From assembly GCF_036321535.1 (NCBI RefSeq), contig NC_087447.1:7564001-7628000 (forward strand): a stretch of 64,000 nucleotides of DNA, in the 5' to 3' direction. Position numbers and translations under genes: made by a program. Under the pieces are notes generated by a model that worked only from the letters and a program-made list of their open reading frames with translations, was not told the DNA's origin and did not search any database. Origin of the DNA: Camelus dromedarius. Its lineage: Eukaryota. This document shows, piece by piece, positions 1 through 19,424 of this stretch; within the stretch, counting starts at the first letter, position 1; every line of letters begins with the position of its first letter.

Positions 1-8554
<8,554 letters not shown>

Positions 8555-9145
8555 GGCCAGGCCGGGGGCGGGTCGGGGACCCACAGAGCCCCGACGGGAA
8601 CCGACGGCGCCGCTGCTCCCTCCGCGGGCTCCCGCGCGGCCCGCTTCGGCCCGGCGGCGTCAGCGCCCGCCCGCCAGTCTGTCCGGGACAGACCAGAGAA
8701 TCGGCGGGGCCCGGGCGGGGCGGGGCGGGGGCGGGGCGGCTGAGGTCCCGCCCCCTCCCACGGCGTCAGGCCAGCCCGCCCCGCGTCGGCTCCCCCTGGC
8801 GGCGGGGGCGGCGGTTGCAGCCGGAGGAGGAATGGGGCGTGGGCACGCCTGGACCCGGGCAATTCGCTGGGGGGTTCAGCTGAACCCACCCGGGGTGGGG
8901 GGAGAGCGCGTGTCGATGAGGGGATCTGTTGGGGTGCGGCTGAAGGGACTGGGTGTAGAGGGCTGTGCTGAAGACGGGCCGGGGTCAGCACGCTAAGTTT
9001 TCTCAGGGGCGGGGGCGGGGTACTTCTGGAGGGCAAGACTTGGGCCGAGGGGCGCAAAGACCTGCCACCCACTCCACTCGGGCAGCACTTAGCTGAGTGC
9101 TGGAAAAGCCACTCCCACCCTTCTCTCTGCCCTCACTTCGCCTCT

Positions 9146-9259
9146 CCCCCCCCCCCCCCCCACCCCGCAGCAGCTCAGTCCCCGCTCCCTGGGAGCACTT
9201 AGCAAGCTAATGGGCCTCCCGCCGGCAGGCGCCCCACCCCCCCCCACCCCCCCCCCCCC
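9146..9259. repeat. Poly-C tracts (C16; C4-A-C9-A-C13)
   Basis: Direct reading; G-rich on the minus strand. Confidence 0.9.
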
Positions 9260-9611
9260 GTCTCTAGCCCTGGGAGGCCAGACGCCTGCTGCCTCCTTTG
9301 AGGACCCAAGCACCCTGGCTTTCCAGAGCAAGCCATGGAACAGCCCCCTTCTTGTTCCACGGACCCCTATGACCCAGCCTGGAGCCTGTCCCTGTGAGAT
9401 TTCTGATTACAAACTGCTAAGGGGATGGCTGGTCTTTTTCCCAGAGGGGTCAGAGCCCGGTGGGTGTCCACGAACAAGGAGGGTTAAGGAGGGGCTCTGC
9501 CATGCTTGGCCCACAGCAGTGCCCTGAAATCTGCTGCGTTCCAGGGGTGGGAGCAGGGAAGGCACATGGGCACTGGGATGGGTGGGGGCTGCAGCCCCTC
9601 CCGCAGGGCTT

Positions 9612-9751
9612 NNNNNNNNNNNNNNNNNNNNNNNNNNNNNNNNNNNNNNNNNNNNNNNNNNNNNNNNNNNNNNNNNNNNNNNNNNNNNNNNNNNNNNNNN
9701 NNNNNNNNNNNNNNNNNNNNNNNNNNNNNNNNNNNNNNNNNNNNNNNNNNN
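9612..9751. other. Assembly gap (140 N), intergenic
   Basis: N run. Confidence 1.
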
Positions 9752-12299
9752 TGGGGGAGGAGGGGTCAGACAAGGAGGAGCCAGCCCTGCAGGCCCCTTT
9801 GCCCCAGGCTCTCAGACCCTCAAGGGGAACCCTGCCTGGTGCTGGCCATCCTCAAAATCCCCAGCATACTGGGTCCCAACTGTAATCTAACAGATCTCCT
9901 AGCCTTTGGCTGAGGCCCTGTGGGATGTGATTATTATCTCTACTTGAGGCCCGGAGAGGGGAAGGGACTTGCCCAAGGTCACACACAGCTTCCTAAGGAT
10001 TTCAGCCCTCTGTCCTGAAGGCCGGCTTATGTCCTGCTTTTACTCCTTACCCTTGAGGAGACAAAAGAAAGGGGGCCAGGACTTGTGGTCTTTGTTCTGT
10101 TTCACCAGAGCAACAGAGCTGTACTCCTCGGAGACTCAGAGACCACGAGGTCTCATTGGGTAGAGCCATGCAGGGTGAAGATTGGCCTCTGCCTCTGCTG
10201 GCTTGGGTTCAAGTCTACCGGCAGAACCTAGTCTCTTGGTGCCTCAGTAACCTTGTCCAGAAGCTAAAGGTTGTCAGAGAATGAAATAAGCAAACGGGTA
10301 TGAGATAACCCCTGGCTATAGACAGGTGGATATCTAAAGAATGGAGAGCAGGCTGTGGGAATATCAGGGAGGAAGGAGGAAAGAGCTAGATCAGCTCTGG
10401 GACAGGGGGACTGCCAGCCAGTACCAGGGCTAGCAGGGCCTAGAGCCAGGGTGTGAGCTTAGGGATAGAGGCTCTAAGCAGCAGCTCCTTGGAAAACGGG
10501 ATGGGAGCCTATTTCCTGGGCCTGAGCCTCTCTCACTCTCCCTCCACCCCTGTGTCTCCTGAGGCCAGGGCAGCCCCCATTAGAGGGCTCCTTCCTCCTT
10601 GGACACTTTCTTCCAGCCTTTCTTAATGGTAATAGGGTTTCTCGGCAAGCAGTAATAGTGGAAGGAAGGCAGCCTTTCCAGCCTCTACCCTCAATTAAGG
10701 GAGCAGTCTCAGCCCACTGGACCCTCCCCAGGGCCTCTGCTTTAAGGAGGTTCTGAAAGCCTCTTTAGCTGCCCTCTGGTGAAGGGGCTCCAGGACCCCA
10801 AGAAGGGTGGGGCTGGGGAGGCCACAGCCTGAGGCTGGAAGAATGAAGAGCAGCAGTGGTGGTAGGATCCAGTCCCAGAAGAGTTCAGGCAGGAAAGCAG
10901 GGGCTGGGATATGGTCTAGGAGCACCGACCTTGACCCCCAACCACCAGAAGTCAGCAGAACCAGCCCCCTTGAGGAGGCTCAGGACAGCTAAGTGACGTG
11001 CCCATGGCCTCTCAGCCTAGTGGGCAGAGGCAGGATTAGAACCCATTTCTTCAACTCCAAATTTCTGTGCAGGGCAGCCCATCCTCCAAGATGGCTGCAG
11101 GTCATCATGGCTGTCTACATTAATTGTTTGCAGGGTAGGTGGCCATGGGAAGGGACTGGATGGGCAGGGGAGTCAGCCCTAGGAATCTGGGAGTGGCCTG
11201 GGGGTGGGCATAGGAGGTGGAGAGGGGGAGAGTCAGGAAGAGCACCCCCAGCTCCTCCGATCCTGCCCAGATAACCCCCAGGGGATACCTTGAAATTTGG
11301 ACAAGACAGGAGGCCTTCACACCAGCCTTGAGGGGAGTGGGGACAGGAAGATCACGGCTCAGGGTCACAGCATCTGAGGGGCAAAGCTAGAGCTGGGACC
11401 CAGGTCTTCACCGCTTATAGGCCCCACTCCACAACAAACTATGGTATATCCTCCCTCTTGACTATGTGTATCCCCAAGGCCCTATTCAATGTTCTGGTTC
11501 AGAAAGAACATACCCTCCCTGGTGGGGTGAGGTCAGGTGTGGTGGGGTGTGGTGGGGAATTTGGACTTGGATAAATTGCTTCGGCCATCAGGCCAAGGTT
11601 GGAGCCAGAGGCCAGGCTGGGGATGGGGCTCTCTTAGAAAGGGTGTGTACTGTCTAATCTGCAAGAACAAGGGTCAGCCCTTCCCTGCCCCCCCCCCCAG
11701 GCTAGCTGAAGGGAGGCTAAGGCCATATAAGGGTCTGGGGAGGGAGGAGGTGTTAACTCTGGACTGAGCCCCATGAGTCTGCCCCCTCCCTGGTCCTCTC
11801 AGGCAGAAGCTCACCTGGCAAGTACCCTTTGACACACACACATACCATTCTCAGCCTCTGCCTTCTCATTGTCTGTTCTCCCCAACTACAGGTAAGCCTA
11901 AAGTCCTGGGTTCAAGTTTGTCTGCAGCACCAGCTGTGCTAACCCTGGGCCAGTCTCAACCTCTCTCTGAACTCCACCTGCTGCAGAGGGTTCCTCTGGC
12001 ATCCAGAGAGAGGATGTCTGTGAGGGGCTGGGACTTACTGATTCTCAGACCCTGAGACTCTGCCTGGGACTGCAGAGGGTGAGCCTGCTGTCTGTGGAAG
12101 CGTTCCAAACAGAGCTGCACAACGTTGGGCTGTTGTATGAGTAGAGACTTTGTGCCAGGGGGCCTGAGCTCCACCTCCATTTGGCTCTGTAATTTAGGGC
12201 TGTGTGACTTAATTAACACCTGTGGTAGAGTCATTGACCTTCCATGCATTTTCGTATTTAATCTTTGCCACAACCTTCCAAGGAAATGGAGGCACAGAG

Positions 12300-12660
12300 G
12301 AAGCCATTCATTCTTTTATTTGGTCATTCCTTCAAGCAATAGTTATGGAACACCTACTGTGAGTCTGACATAGGCGCTGAGAGTTCAGCAAGAATCAGGT
12401 AATTTGCATGATATACATGGATTTGAAGCTGAGCAGGCCCATTCAACCATGGGCATCAGCAGTAAACAAGAGTCTCAGCCTTGTGGAGCTCAAAGTCGAG
12501 AAATGGGAGCCAGACAATGAACAAATGAATGAGAGAGACTGTTTAAAGATACAGAAAATCAAACCGGGTGCGGGAATGAGATGCAGGGTCTGCTTAAGAA
12601 GGGTGGGCCAGGTAAGGTGCCTGTGAGATCTTAAGGACGGAAGGAGACTTAGGCCGAGGA
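12300..12660 (-). mobile_element. L2 LINE remnant
   Basis: CATTCATT...GAACACCTACTGTG...CAGCCTTGTGGAGCTCAAAGTC resembles the reverse L2 3' end. Confidence 0.55.
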
Positions 12661-13535
12661 TCTGCGGGAGTCAGTTCTGCTGGAACCGATTATGTGGAGC
12701 CGTCTGTAGGAACGCTTATTAGGGTCAGCTGTTATTATTATATTTATTATTGTCAGTTCCAGCTCCTCCACTTCCCAGCTCTTTACGTTGCGCTGTGCGG
12801 AGGGCAGCGCCCTGTGGAGACCAAGCCCTACGAAGGCGCTCCAAACAAGTTTTGCGCTTCCCCGCCCCGGCTCCGCCGCGGGGGAGGGGTGGCCATGCGG
12901 GACCCGACCCTATGAACTACACTTCCCATAATTCCGTTCCCTGAAGCCATCTTGGCCGGTGGGCGGTGGCGGCCTGGGGTCTGACCCTTCTGGCCGCCTG
13001 GACGGCTCAGCTCACTCCCAACCCAGGCCTCCATCATGGGGGGAGCCGACCCCGACGAGTAGGGCTTCTGGTGACCTGGGCAGTTCCTGCCCGCCTTTTC
13101 TACTCCTCTACCTCCAGGAGCCCGGTCCACGTGTCTGTCCCCGCGGAGAAGCCTGCTCACTCCCCGCTGGCCAAGGGCTAAAGGACCCAGACGTCCGGGG
13201 CTCCCACGTCTCCTCTCGGGACCTCTGACCTGCGCACAGTGCCCAATCCCTTCTATTTCCAGACAGCCCCTGATTCTGCTTCAGTGAGGACAGAACACTA
13301 GGTTCCCCGCAGGAGCCCAAATTCTGGTACCAGACGCTGAGAACACCAGGGTTTGGGGCAGGAAAGTTAACTGAGATAACGGAAAGTCAAGCGCAAATCA
13401 CTGACTATTAGACCCTCCCCTAGCCCCTGTCCGGGGGCGGAGTGGGGGCGAGGCGCGTGCTGCGGGACTGGCCCTTTAAGGGGGTGTGGTCGGGGGGCGG
13501 GGAAGCGATCGAGACAGAGAAAGCGGCTTCGGCTT

Positions 13536-13563
13536 CGGCGGCGGCGGCGGCGGCGGCGGCGGC
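13536..13563 (+). repeat. (CGG)9 trinucleotide repeat in the PPP1R14B leader
   Basis: Nine uninterrupted GGC units 13537-13563. Confidence 0.9.
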
Positions 13564-13648
13564 TCGGGCGGCGGCCGTGGGGGACAAAGGGCGGGCGGAT
13601 CGGTGGGGAGGGGGCGGGGCGCGGCCAGGCCAGGCCCGGGGGCTCCGC

Positions 13649-13723
13649 ATGCTGCAGCTGCCCCCGGGCGCCCCCGCCGCCGCCCTCGCCGCGGAGCCGC
13701 ACGGAGCCGAGGGCACGAGCTAA
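13649..13723 (+). other. Candidate 24-codon uORF in PPP1R14B 5'UTR
   Basis: ATG 13649 to TAA 13723: MLQLPPGAPAAALAAEPHGAEGTS; weak Kozak (-3 C, +4 C). Confidence 0.55.
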
Positions 13724-13816
13724 CCCGAGCCAGCGGCCCGGTGCCAGCCGGCGGGCGTCCCGGAGGCGGCGGCGCAGGGAGGGGCTCGACGCGCGCACGT
13801 GGCCCCGGCGGCCGCC

Positions 13817-15753
13817 ATGGCGGACAGCGGCCCCGCGGGGGGCGCGGCGTTGGCTGCCCCGGCCCCCGGGCCGGGTAGTGGCGGCCCAGGGCCCCGCGTC
13901 TATTTTCAGAGCCCGCCTGGGGCTGCAGGCGAGGGCCCGGGCGGCGCGGACGACGAGGGCCCAGTGAGGCGCCAGGGGAAGGTCACGGTCAAGTACGACC
14001 GCAAGGAGCTACGGAAGCGCCTCAACCTGGAGGAGTGGATCCTGGAGCAGCTCACTCGTCTCTACGACTGCCAGGTGTGTCCCCCACCCTGCGCCCGACA
14101 CCCTAAAATTGTTCCCGATTTGGGTCGTCTGGGAACCCCACCTTGAGCCTGTGTGTCACCCGAAGTCAATGGGCGCTCCGCTTCCTCGCGCTCCCCTGTT
14201 CTCCGTACTCCCCGCCCCTGGTATATGCTCTTTCTTATCTGACCTAAGTCACTCCTTTCTTATCCGCTGCCCCAGACCCTGTCTCATGCTACTACCTGGT
14301 CTAGCTTGGAGTCCTCTAGAAACCTCAAGGAATAACCTGGGCCTTGGACAGGAGATATGGGGCTCGTCTAGGCTGGCAGTGGAAGGGGGTCTACTTATTG
14401 CCTGCTAGCCTAAACTGGTTAAAAGGTGCTAGCCTGGTTGGTGGGGGTACGGTTTTGCTTATTCTAGTGGGCTAACCTGGAGCTCCATCTTTGCATGAGG
14501 GCAGACTAGCCCACTCTCTGGGTTCTGGTTCTCCACCCCATGACTCGTTCCTTGCTCCGATGGTGACTCAGGCCCCGGGGGGCAGGGTGGAGGAGTGGGC
14601 TTGCTCTGTGCTGCCTACCCTAGCCCAGCCCTGAAAAGCAGCTGGCTGCAGACAGTAGAGACGCTTCCTGGTGGGAGAGGGGTGGCGAGGACCCCCTCCC
14701 TCAGCAAAGCATGGGCTCTTTGTTTTCCCTTTACCAGGCCCTTCTCACTGACCCCTCACCCTTCACTTCCTCCTCACTCCCGGGAAGCTGTGACAGGTGT
14801 TTGGGGGAGGGGAAGGGGCTGTGATGAGCTGGGACAGCTGGCCCCACCTGTGCTCTGGTTGAGATGGGGGGCCCGGAAGTTGGGGAGACACATCTGTGAG
14901 GTTCCCAGCCCAGGATCCCCAGCCCTAGTTGTCTGGCACCCAGAGTGCCCAATTGGCAGGGACAGGAAGCTCCCCCCATCGGGCAGTTTGCCTTGGCACG
15001 AGCCTGATCTGTTTTCTTCCTTGGAGCAGCTGCCGCTGTCTGCTGGGCAAAGAGGGCTGTCTCCTCTGCAGTAGGCAAGGGCCTCAGCCGGGGAGCCCCT
15101 CTCACACCCTCTCTCCCAACTTAGGCCCTTATCTCTCCCTCCTCCCCTACCCCCACCCCAGGAAGAGGAGATCCCAGAGCTGGAGATTGATGTGGACGAA
15201 CTCCTGGACATGGAGAGCGATGATACTCGGGCTGCCAGGGTCAAGGTGAGAGTGGGTAGGAGGTAGCAGGGCCGGGTCAGGGGAGCAGGAGATAGAGGAC
15301 TTCCTGGAGGCACTGCCCCTTGGGTAAGCAAGCCTCTGGGAGCCACACCTTCTTTGATCCGAGCTAGCCAACTCTGTGATCTTGGGCCTCAGCTTCTGCC
15401 TCCATCAAATGGGGTTAATGGTACTTGCTTAGCTGTTCAGGAGCTGTGGCATCTCCTGTGCCTCAGGGTGGCCCCAGTGCCTTGTGAATGAGTACTGGTG
15501 AACTGTAGGTCCACGTTCTTGAGAACTCATAGTTACCCTTATTCCCCATGCCCCACTAGGAGCTGCTGGTTGACTGTTACAAACCCACTGAGGTAAGGAA
15601 GTGGTTTTCCCCAACGGTGGGGTGAGGAGCCTGGGGTCCTGTCATCTCAGGGTCTGGTCTCCCTAATGTCCTTCCTCCCTCCAGGCCTTCATCTCTGGCC
15701 TGCTGGACAAGATCCGGGGCATGCAGAAGCTGAGCACACCCCAGAAGAAGTAA
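13817..15753 (+). CDS. PPP1R14B: Protein phosphatase 1 regulatory inhibitor subunit 14B (PHI-1), 147 aa
   Basis: Exons 13817-14074, 15162-15245, 15560-15592, 15685-15753 (TAA). MADSGPAGGAALAAP...GKVTVKYDRKELRKRLNLEEW...LSTPQKK; GCCGCCATGG Kozak. Confidence 0.98.
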
Positions 15754-15992
15754 GGGTCCTCGACCCAGATGAACGGTGGCTCCCACAGGACAATCGCTGC
15801 CCCCTGACCTCGTAGCAACAGCAATACCGGGGGGCCCTGCGGCCAGGCCTGGTGCTGTGAGCAGGGCTCCCCGTGCCCCTGGCCCAGGGGCCTCTTCCCT
15901 GCCCCCTCGGTTTTCCACTTTTGGGGTTTTTTATTATTATTAAACTGATGGGACTTTTTGTGTTTTTATATTGACTGCAGCGCGGGCCCTTT

Positions 15993-15998
15993 AATAAA
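15993..15998 (+). terminator. PPP1R14B polyadenylation signal AATAAA
   Basis: AATAAA 240 nt after the stop, following a U-rich 3'UTR stretch. Confidence 0.85.
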
Positions 15999-16490
15999 GC
16001 TAGGACACGCCTTTGCCTTTGGTGCAGTTAACAGGCTTGGCTGGTCTCTTTTAGGGGGGACACACCACTGTACAACTGCTGCCAGCTCAGCTTCTCCCCA
16101 GGTGACCGCAGGCCTTCCTGAGGGCCATGTAGCCATGGCGATAGCCCAGTGTTGGCTCCCAGACCAGGAGCTGGAAGTGGCTGGGGAGCTGGAGAGAGCG
16201 GTGTTGCTGTTGGCAGACAGGAACACTCCTTTTTCCCCTTGCATAAGGGCCACCACGCCATCTTCGGCTTGGCCTACGTGACCTCCATGCCATGGAGCCT
16301 CAACCCCAAGGCCCTGCAGCCAGGGAAGGAGAGGGAGGGATGGAAGGAGGCTGAAGCTGTGGTTTCTAAGTCTCTTAGGGCCCACAAACAAACACAGGCT
16401 CACTTCATGGGCTTTAAGTTTTGTTTTTTTTTTTTTTTAAACAGTCTGGTCCCTGATGGGGGGCCTCTCTGCTGCCCCTCCCCAGTTTGG

Positions 16491-17762
16491 CTACAGTTCT
16501 GAACGACGCTCAATTTTGAGCAGCTCCACCTCGAACACCAGGGTTGCACCACCTGCAGGGGAGAATTGGGGTCAGAATGAGAACGAGGGCCACAGGGAAG
16601 TGGAGTGGGTGCAGGAGACAGAGGGCAGGAGGGTTAATTACCTGGAATCTTTGGGGGAGCTCCCCGCTCTCCGTACCCTGTCAAAGATGTAAAAAGAAAC
16701 AGTGAGCTGTGGCCAGGCAGAGGTGTTCTGCGACAGCCAGGCCTCTGCCCATCCCAGCAAGAACATCAGAAATGGATAAGGTGTAATGGGGATGGGAAGG
16801 GGCTGTGAAAGATCTGGTAGAGGGCAGAGGGTGGCACCAGAGCCCTGTCCAAATTGCTAGACACAGCTAGACTTGCAAGAGGCATGTGTTGAATGGATTG
16901 AGTGGAAATCAATGCAGAGGCTGAACCAGCCTTCACCCTTACCCAGATACACCCCCAAACTCCTTTACTCCCCCTCAGGAAGGGCCTCTTACCCAGCTCG
17001 GATGGGATCACCAGTTTCCGCTTTTCCCCCTCACACATCCTGCAGAACAACGTATGTTCAGCATATGGCAACACCATGTTCCCTGCCCTCTACCCCATCC
17101 CTGGGACTTGCCTCCCACAGTATACCTCCTGGACTACAGCCATGGCCCCNNNNNNNNNNNNNNNNNNNNNNNNNNNNNNNNNNNNNNNNNNNNNNNNNNN
17201 NNNNNNNNNNNNNNNNNNNNNNNNNNNNNNNNNNNNNNNNNNNNNNNNNNNNNNNNNNNNNNNNNNNNNNNNNNNNNNNNNNNNNNNNNGCCAGTGAGGA
17301 TGAGGGTCTGCTCTGACATCCCCACCCCGAGGTGCTCTTCCCATCAAGATGGCCCTCCAGCATCCGTGGCCATAGACCTAGAAGGGGACAGGACCTTGGG
17401 CAGCTCACAATTACATTGCCACTGCCTGCTGATGCCAACCTGGGGAGTAGACAGTGAAGAGCAAGATAGAACCATGGAAAGTGGCAGGTGAGACTTGCCC
17501 AAGGTCACCCACCTTGTTGGCAGAGGAACCTGGCTCCCAAGTCCTTTCTGGTTCCCAGAAGCCCCACTGGCCCCCCAAAGCTCCATTCCTCACCCACCGT
17601 GTAGTGCATGTGCAGGACGTCCCCCTTGCGCGATTTGATGGGACAGTGGTCTACCCGCTTCTTGACCCCGATCTGCAGCTTCCGTTTGCCCTCGGCCCCA
17701 GCAGCCGTGACCAGGGCGCTCAGGCAGATGGACAGTACTGTCAGGACCCAGCTCAGCCTCAT
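16491..17762 (-). CDS. FKBP2: ER peptidyl-prolyl isomerase FKBP2 (FKBP13), about 140 aa; second coding exon lost in N gap
   Basis: Visible exons 17762-17598 (signal peptide to VLHMHYT), 17039-16993 ([16 protein letters not shown]), 16677-16642 ([11 protein letters not shown]), 16552-16491 ([22 protein letters not shown]). The expected ~113 bp GKLEDGTEF...GLL exon is absent and fits the 140-N gap 17150-17289. Confidence 0.96.
17150..17289. other. Assembly gap (140 N) covering an FKBP2 coding exon
   Basis: N run between coding exons whose join lacks about 38 conserved residues. Confidence 0.95.
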
Positions 17763-17949
17763 GTCTCTGTGGGGACAGACCCCGACCGACCAACCGGGGA
17801 GGAGGGCGGGAAGAGTATGGAATACAGGCAGGTTCTAGTAGGATTCCACCCCACCGTACCTTGCCTGCCCCTGGGGATCCCCTTCTCCCGGGTCACCGCC
17901 CACTCCCCCAGGCTCCGCGGCCACACTTACCAATCCAGTGAGAAGGGGG

Positions 17950-19340
17950 CTTGCCCGAGGACCCCAGCAGCGGGGGGAGGGGGTCAGGGGAGGCCACAGC
18001 AGCCAGGGCCCCGCCCCTTTGCTCACCCCCAGCCCTTCCTTCCCTCCCGGTCCCCGGCTCTGCTCTTCAATTCCCACTCGTCCCTTTCCGCAAAGTCCAG
18101 ACCCTATCTTGCTGCACAGCAGTTGCCCCAACCGGGCGACCCCATTCACGCCACACCCAATTGCCCCCCGCCCAGCACACCCACAAGTCTGCGGCCGCCG
18201 CAGGGGGCCGACCTCGAGGCACCCACACATCGCCACTAGGTGGCTCTGAGGAGCCCCGGTCCTCCGGGGGTACCCCCCAGTCCGGCCCTGTGCCTCCACC
18301 CGGGACGCCGCCCCAGCTCTGAGCCCTTGGGGGCCGGCGGGGAACCCAGATTGGTCCCGTGTCGGGTGGCTGCCGAGCCCGCTCCACCCACACCACCTCT
18401 CCTGGGGGAGTTCTCGGCCTGCCGCGTCCCCATGCCCGGCCACCACGGAGACCGCCCCCGCGTGGGCGCCCCGGGCCATTACCTGCGCCTACCCCTTCGC
18501 TTGACTCCTTGGCCCCACCCTTTAGAGGGCGCAGTTCCGCCCCCGGCCCTGGAGCCCCGCCCCCAAAAGAACTGGATTCCTTTTCCTGAACTGTAGACAC
18601 GCCACTCACCATATGAACTCCCACCCCCAGCGCCTGGGCGCCTTCCCCCTCGGTCTCCAAACCCGAGGCTCCTCCTTCCGTCTGTTTCGGCTCCTCCTCC
18701 AAGGACCAGGCTCCACCCCCAACCAGTCCTAACTCCGCCCCCAGCCCCGGAGCTCCGCCTTCCACTAGCACCAGTTCTGAGGTCCCACCCCTCTCAGTTC
18801 CACGTCCCGCCCCGACTCCCGGAGCCCCGCCCCGTGCGGCGTGAGAACCCTTCCCCTGCGGCATCCCTAGACAGCTCTGACCCCCAACCCCCAATTTCCT
18901 CGTAACCTATCCCTCGTTGACACTCGGAGCCCCGGCCCGCTCCTGTCCCGCCTGATCCAGCTTGCCCCCTTTGCACCCCGGCTCCCTCCAGCCCGGGCTG
19001 TGGCCCCCGCTCACCTCCTCGCCGCGCCCCCGGAGCCAACCCCAGTCGTGCTGCCGTCTCTGCGCAGGCGCGTCATCGTCGCCGCCGCCGGGCCACGCCG
19101 CCCGCCCTCATTGGACGACGCGAAACCCACTGCCACACGCCCGCCAGGGCGGCTTCTTCTTTAGCTCCGCCCCCGCACCCACCGCCATGTGACTTCTACG
19201 TCACGTCCGGTGGGTCTGTAGTCCGTAAGGTTAGGTGAAAGTGACTTCCGAAAGGGCCGAAGGTACTTACGGCTGAGGTGAAATTAAGGTCAGGCGGGCG
19301 CAGGTTCCCGGAGGGGGCCTTGAGATGCCATTTTGTGTTG
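17950..19340 (-). promoter_or_regulatory. FKBP2 CpG island, alternative non-coding first exons and promoter
   Basis: Minus-strand donors CAG|GTAATG (18482) and GAG|GTGAGC (19014); acceptor at 17766 four nt before ATG; NRF1-like TGCGCAGGCGCG 19061-19072; ATTGG 19110; CATGTGAC 19186-19193; ACTTCCG near 19244; GCCATTTT near 19326. Confidence 0.7.
18233..18247 (+). promoter_or_regulatory. Possible CTCF site in FKBP2 intron 1
   Basis: CCACTAGGTGGCTCT, one mismatch to CCASYAGRKGGCRSY. Confidence 0.45.
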
Positions 19341-19424
19341 CCCCCAGCCTTTCCCATAGCGTTCCTGTTGCCCCTGGGCCTCTTCATTATCTATAACCCT
19401 CAGTTAGTTGCTGTGGAAAGAGCC

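Larger units (their letters stand above)
12790..14110 (+). promoter_or_regulatory. PPP1R14B CpG island/promoter, including an upstream ZNF143-type and YY1 module
   Basis: CpG-dense; ACTACACTTCCCATAAT 12916-12932; GCCATCTT 12946-12953; TATA-like TTTAAG near 13475; GC boxes. Confidence 0.75.

Noticed and set aside
9450-9913. ORFs containing X runs (also at 16873-17491 and 21889-22462)
   Set aside because: Artefacts of translating through N gaps.
13799-13816. GTG-initiated 6-aa N-terminal extension of PPP1R14B
   Set aside because: The downstream ATG has an ideal Kozak and matches the known N-terminus.
17454-18894. 261-aa (+) and 275-aa (-) ORFs
   Set aside because: CpG-island low-complexity Gly/Pro/Arg reads with non-ATG starts.
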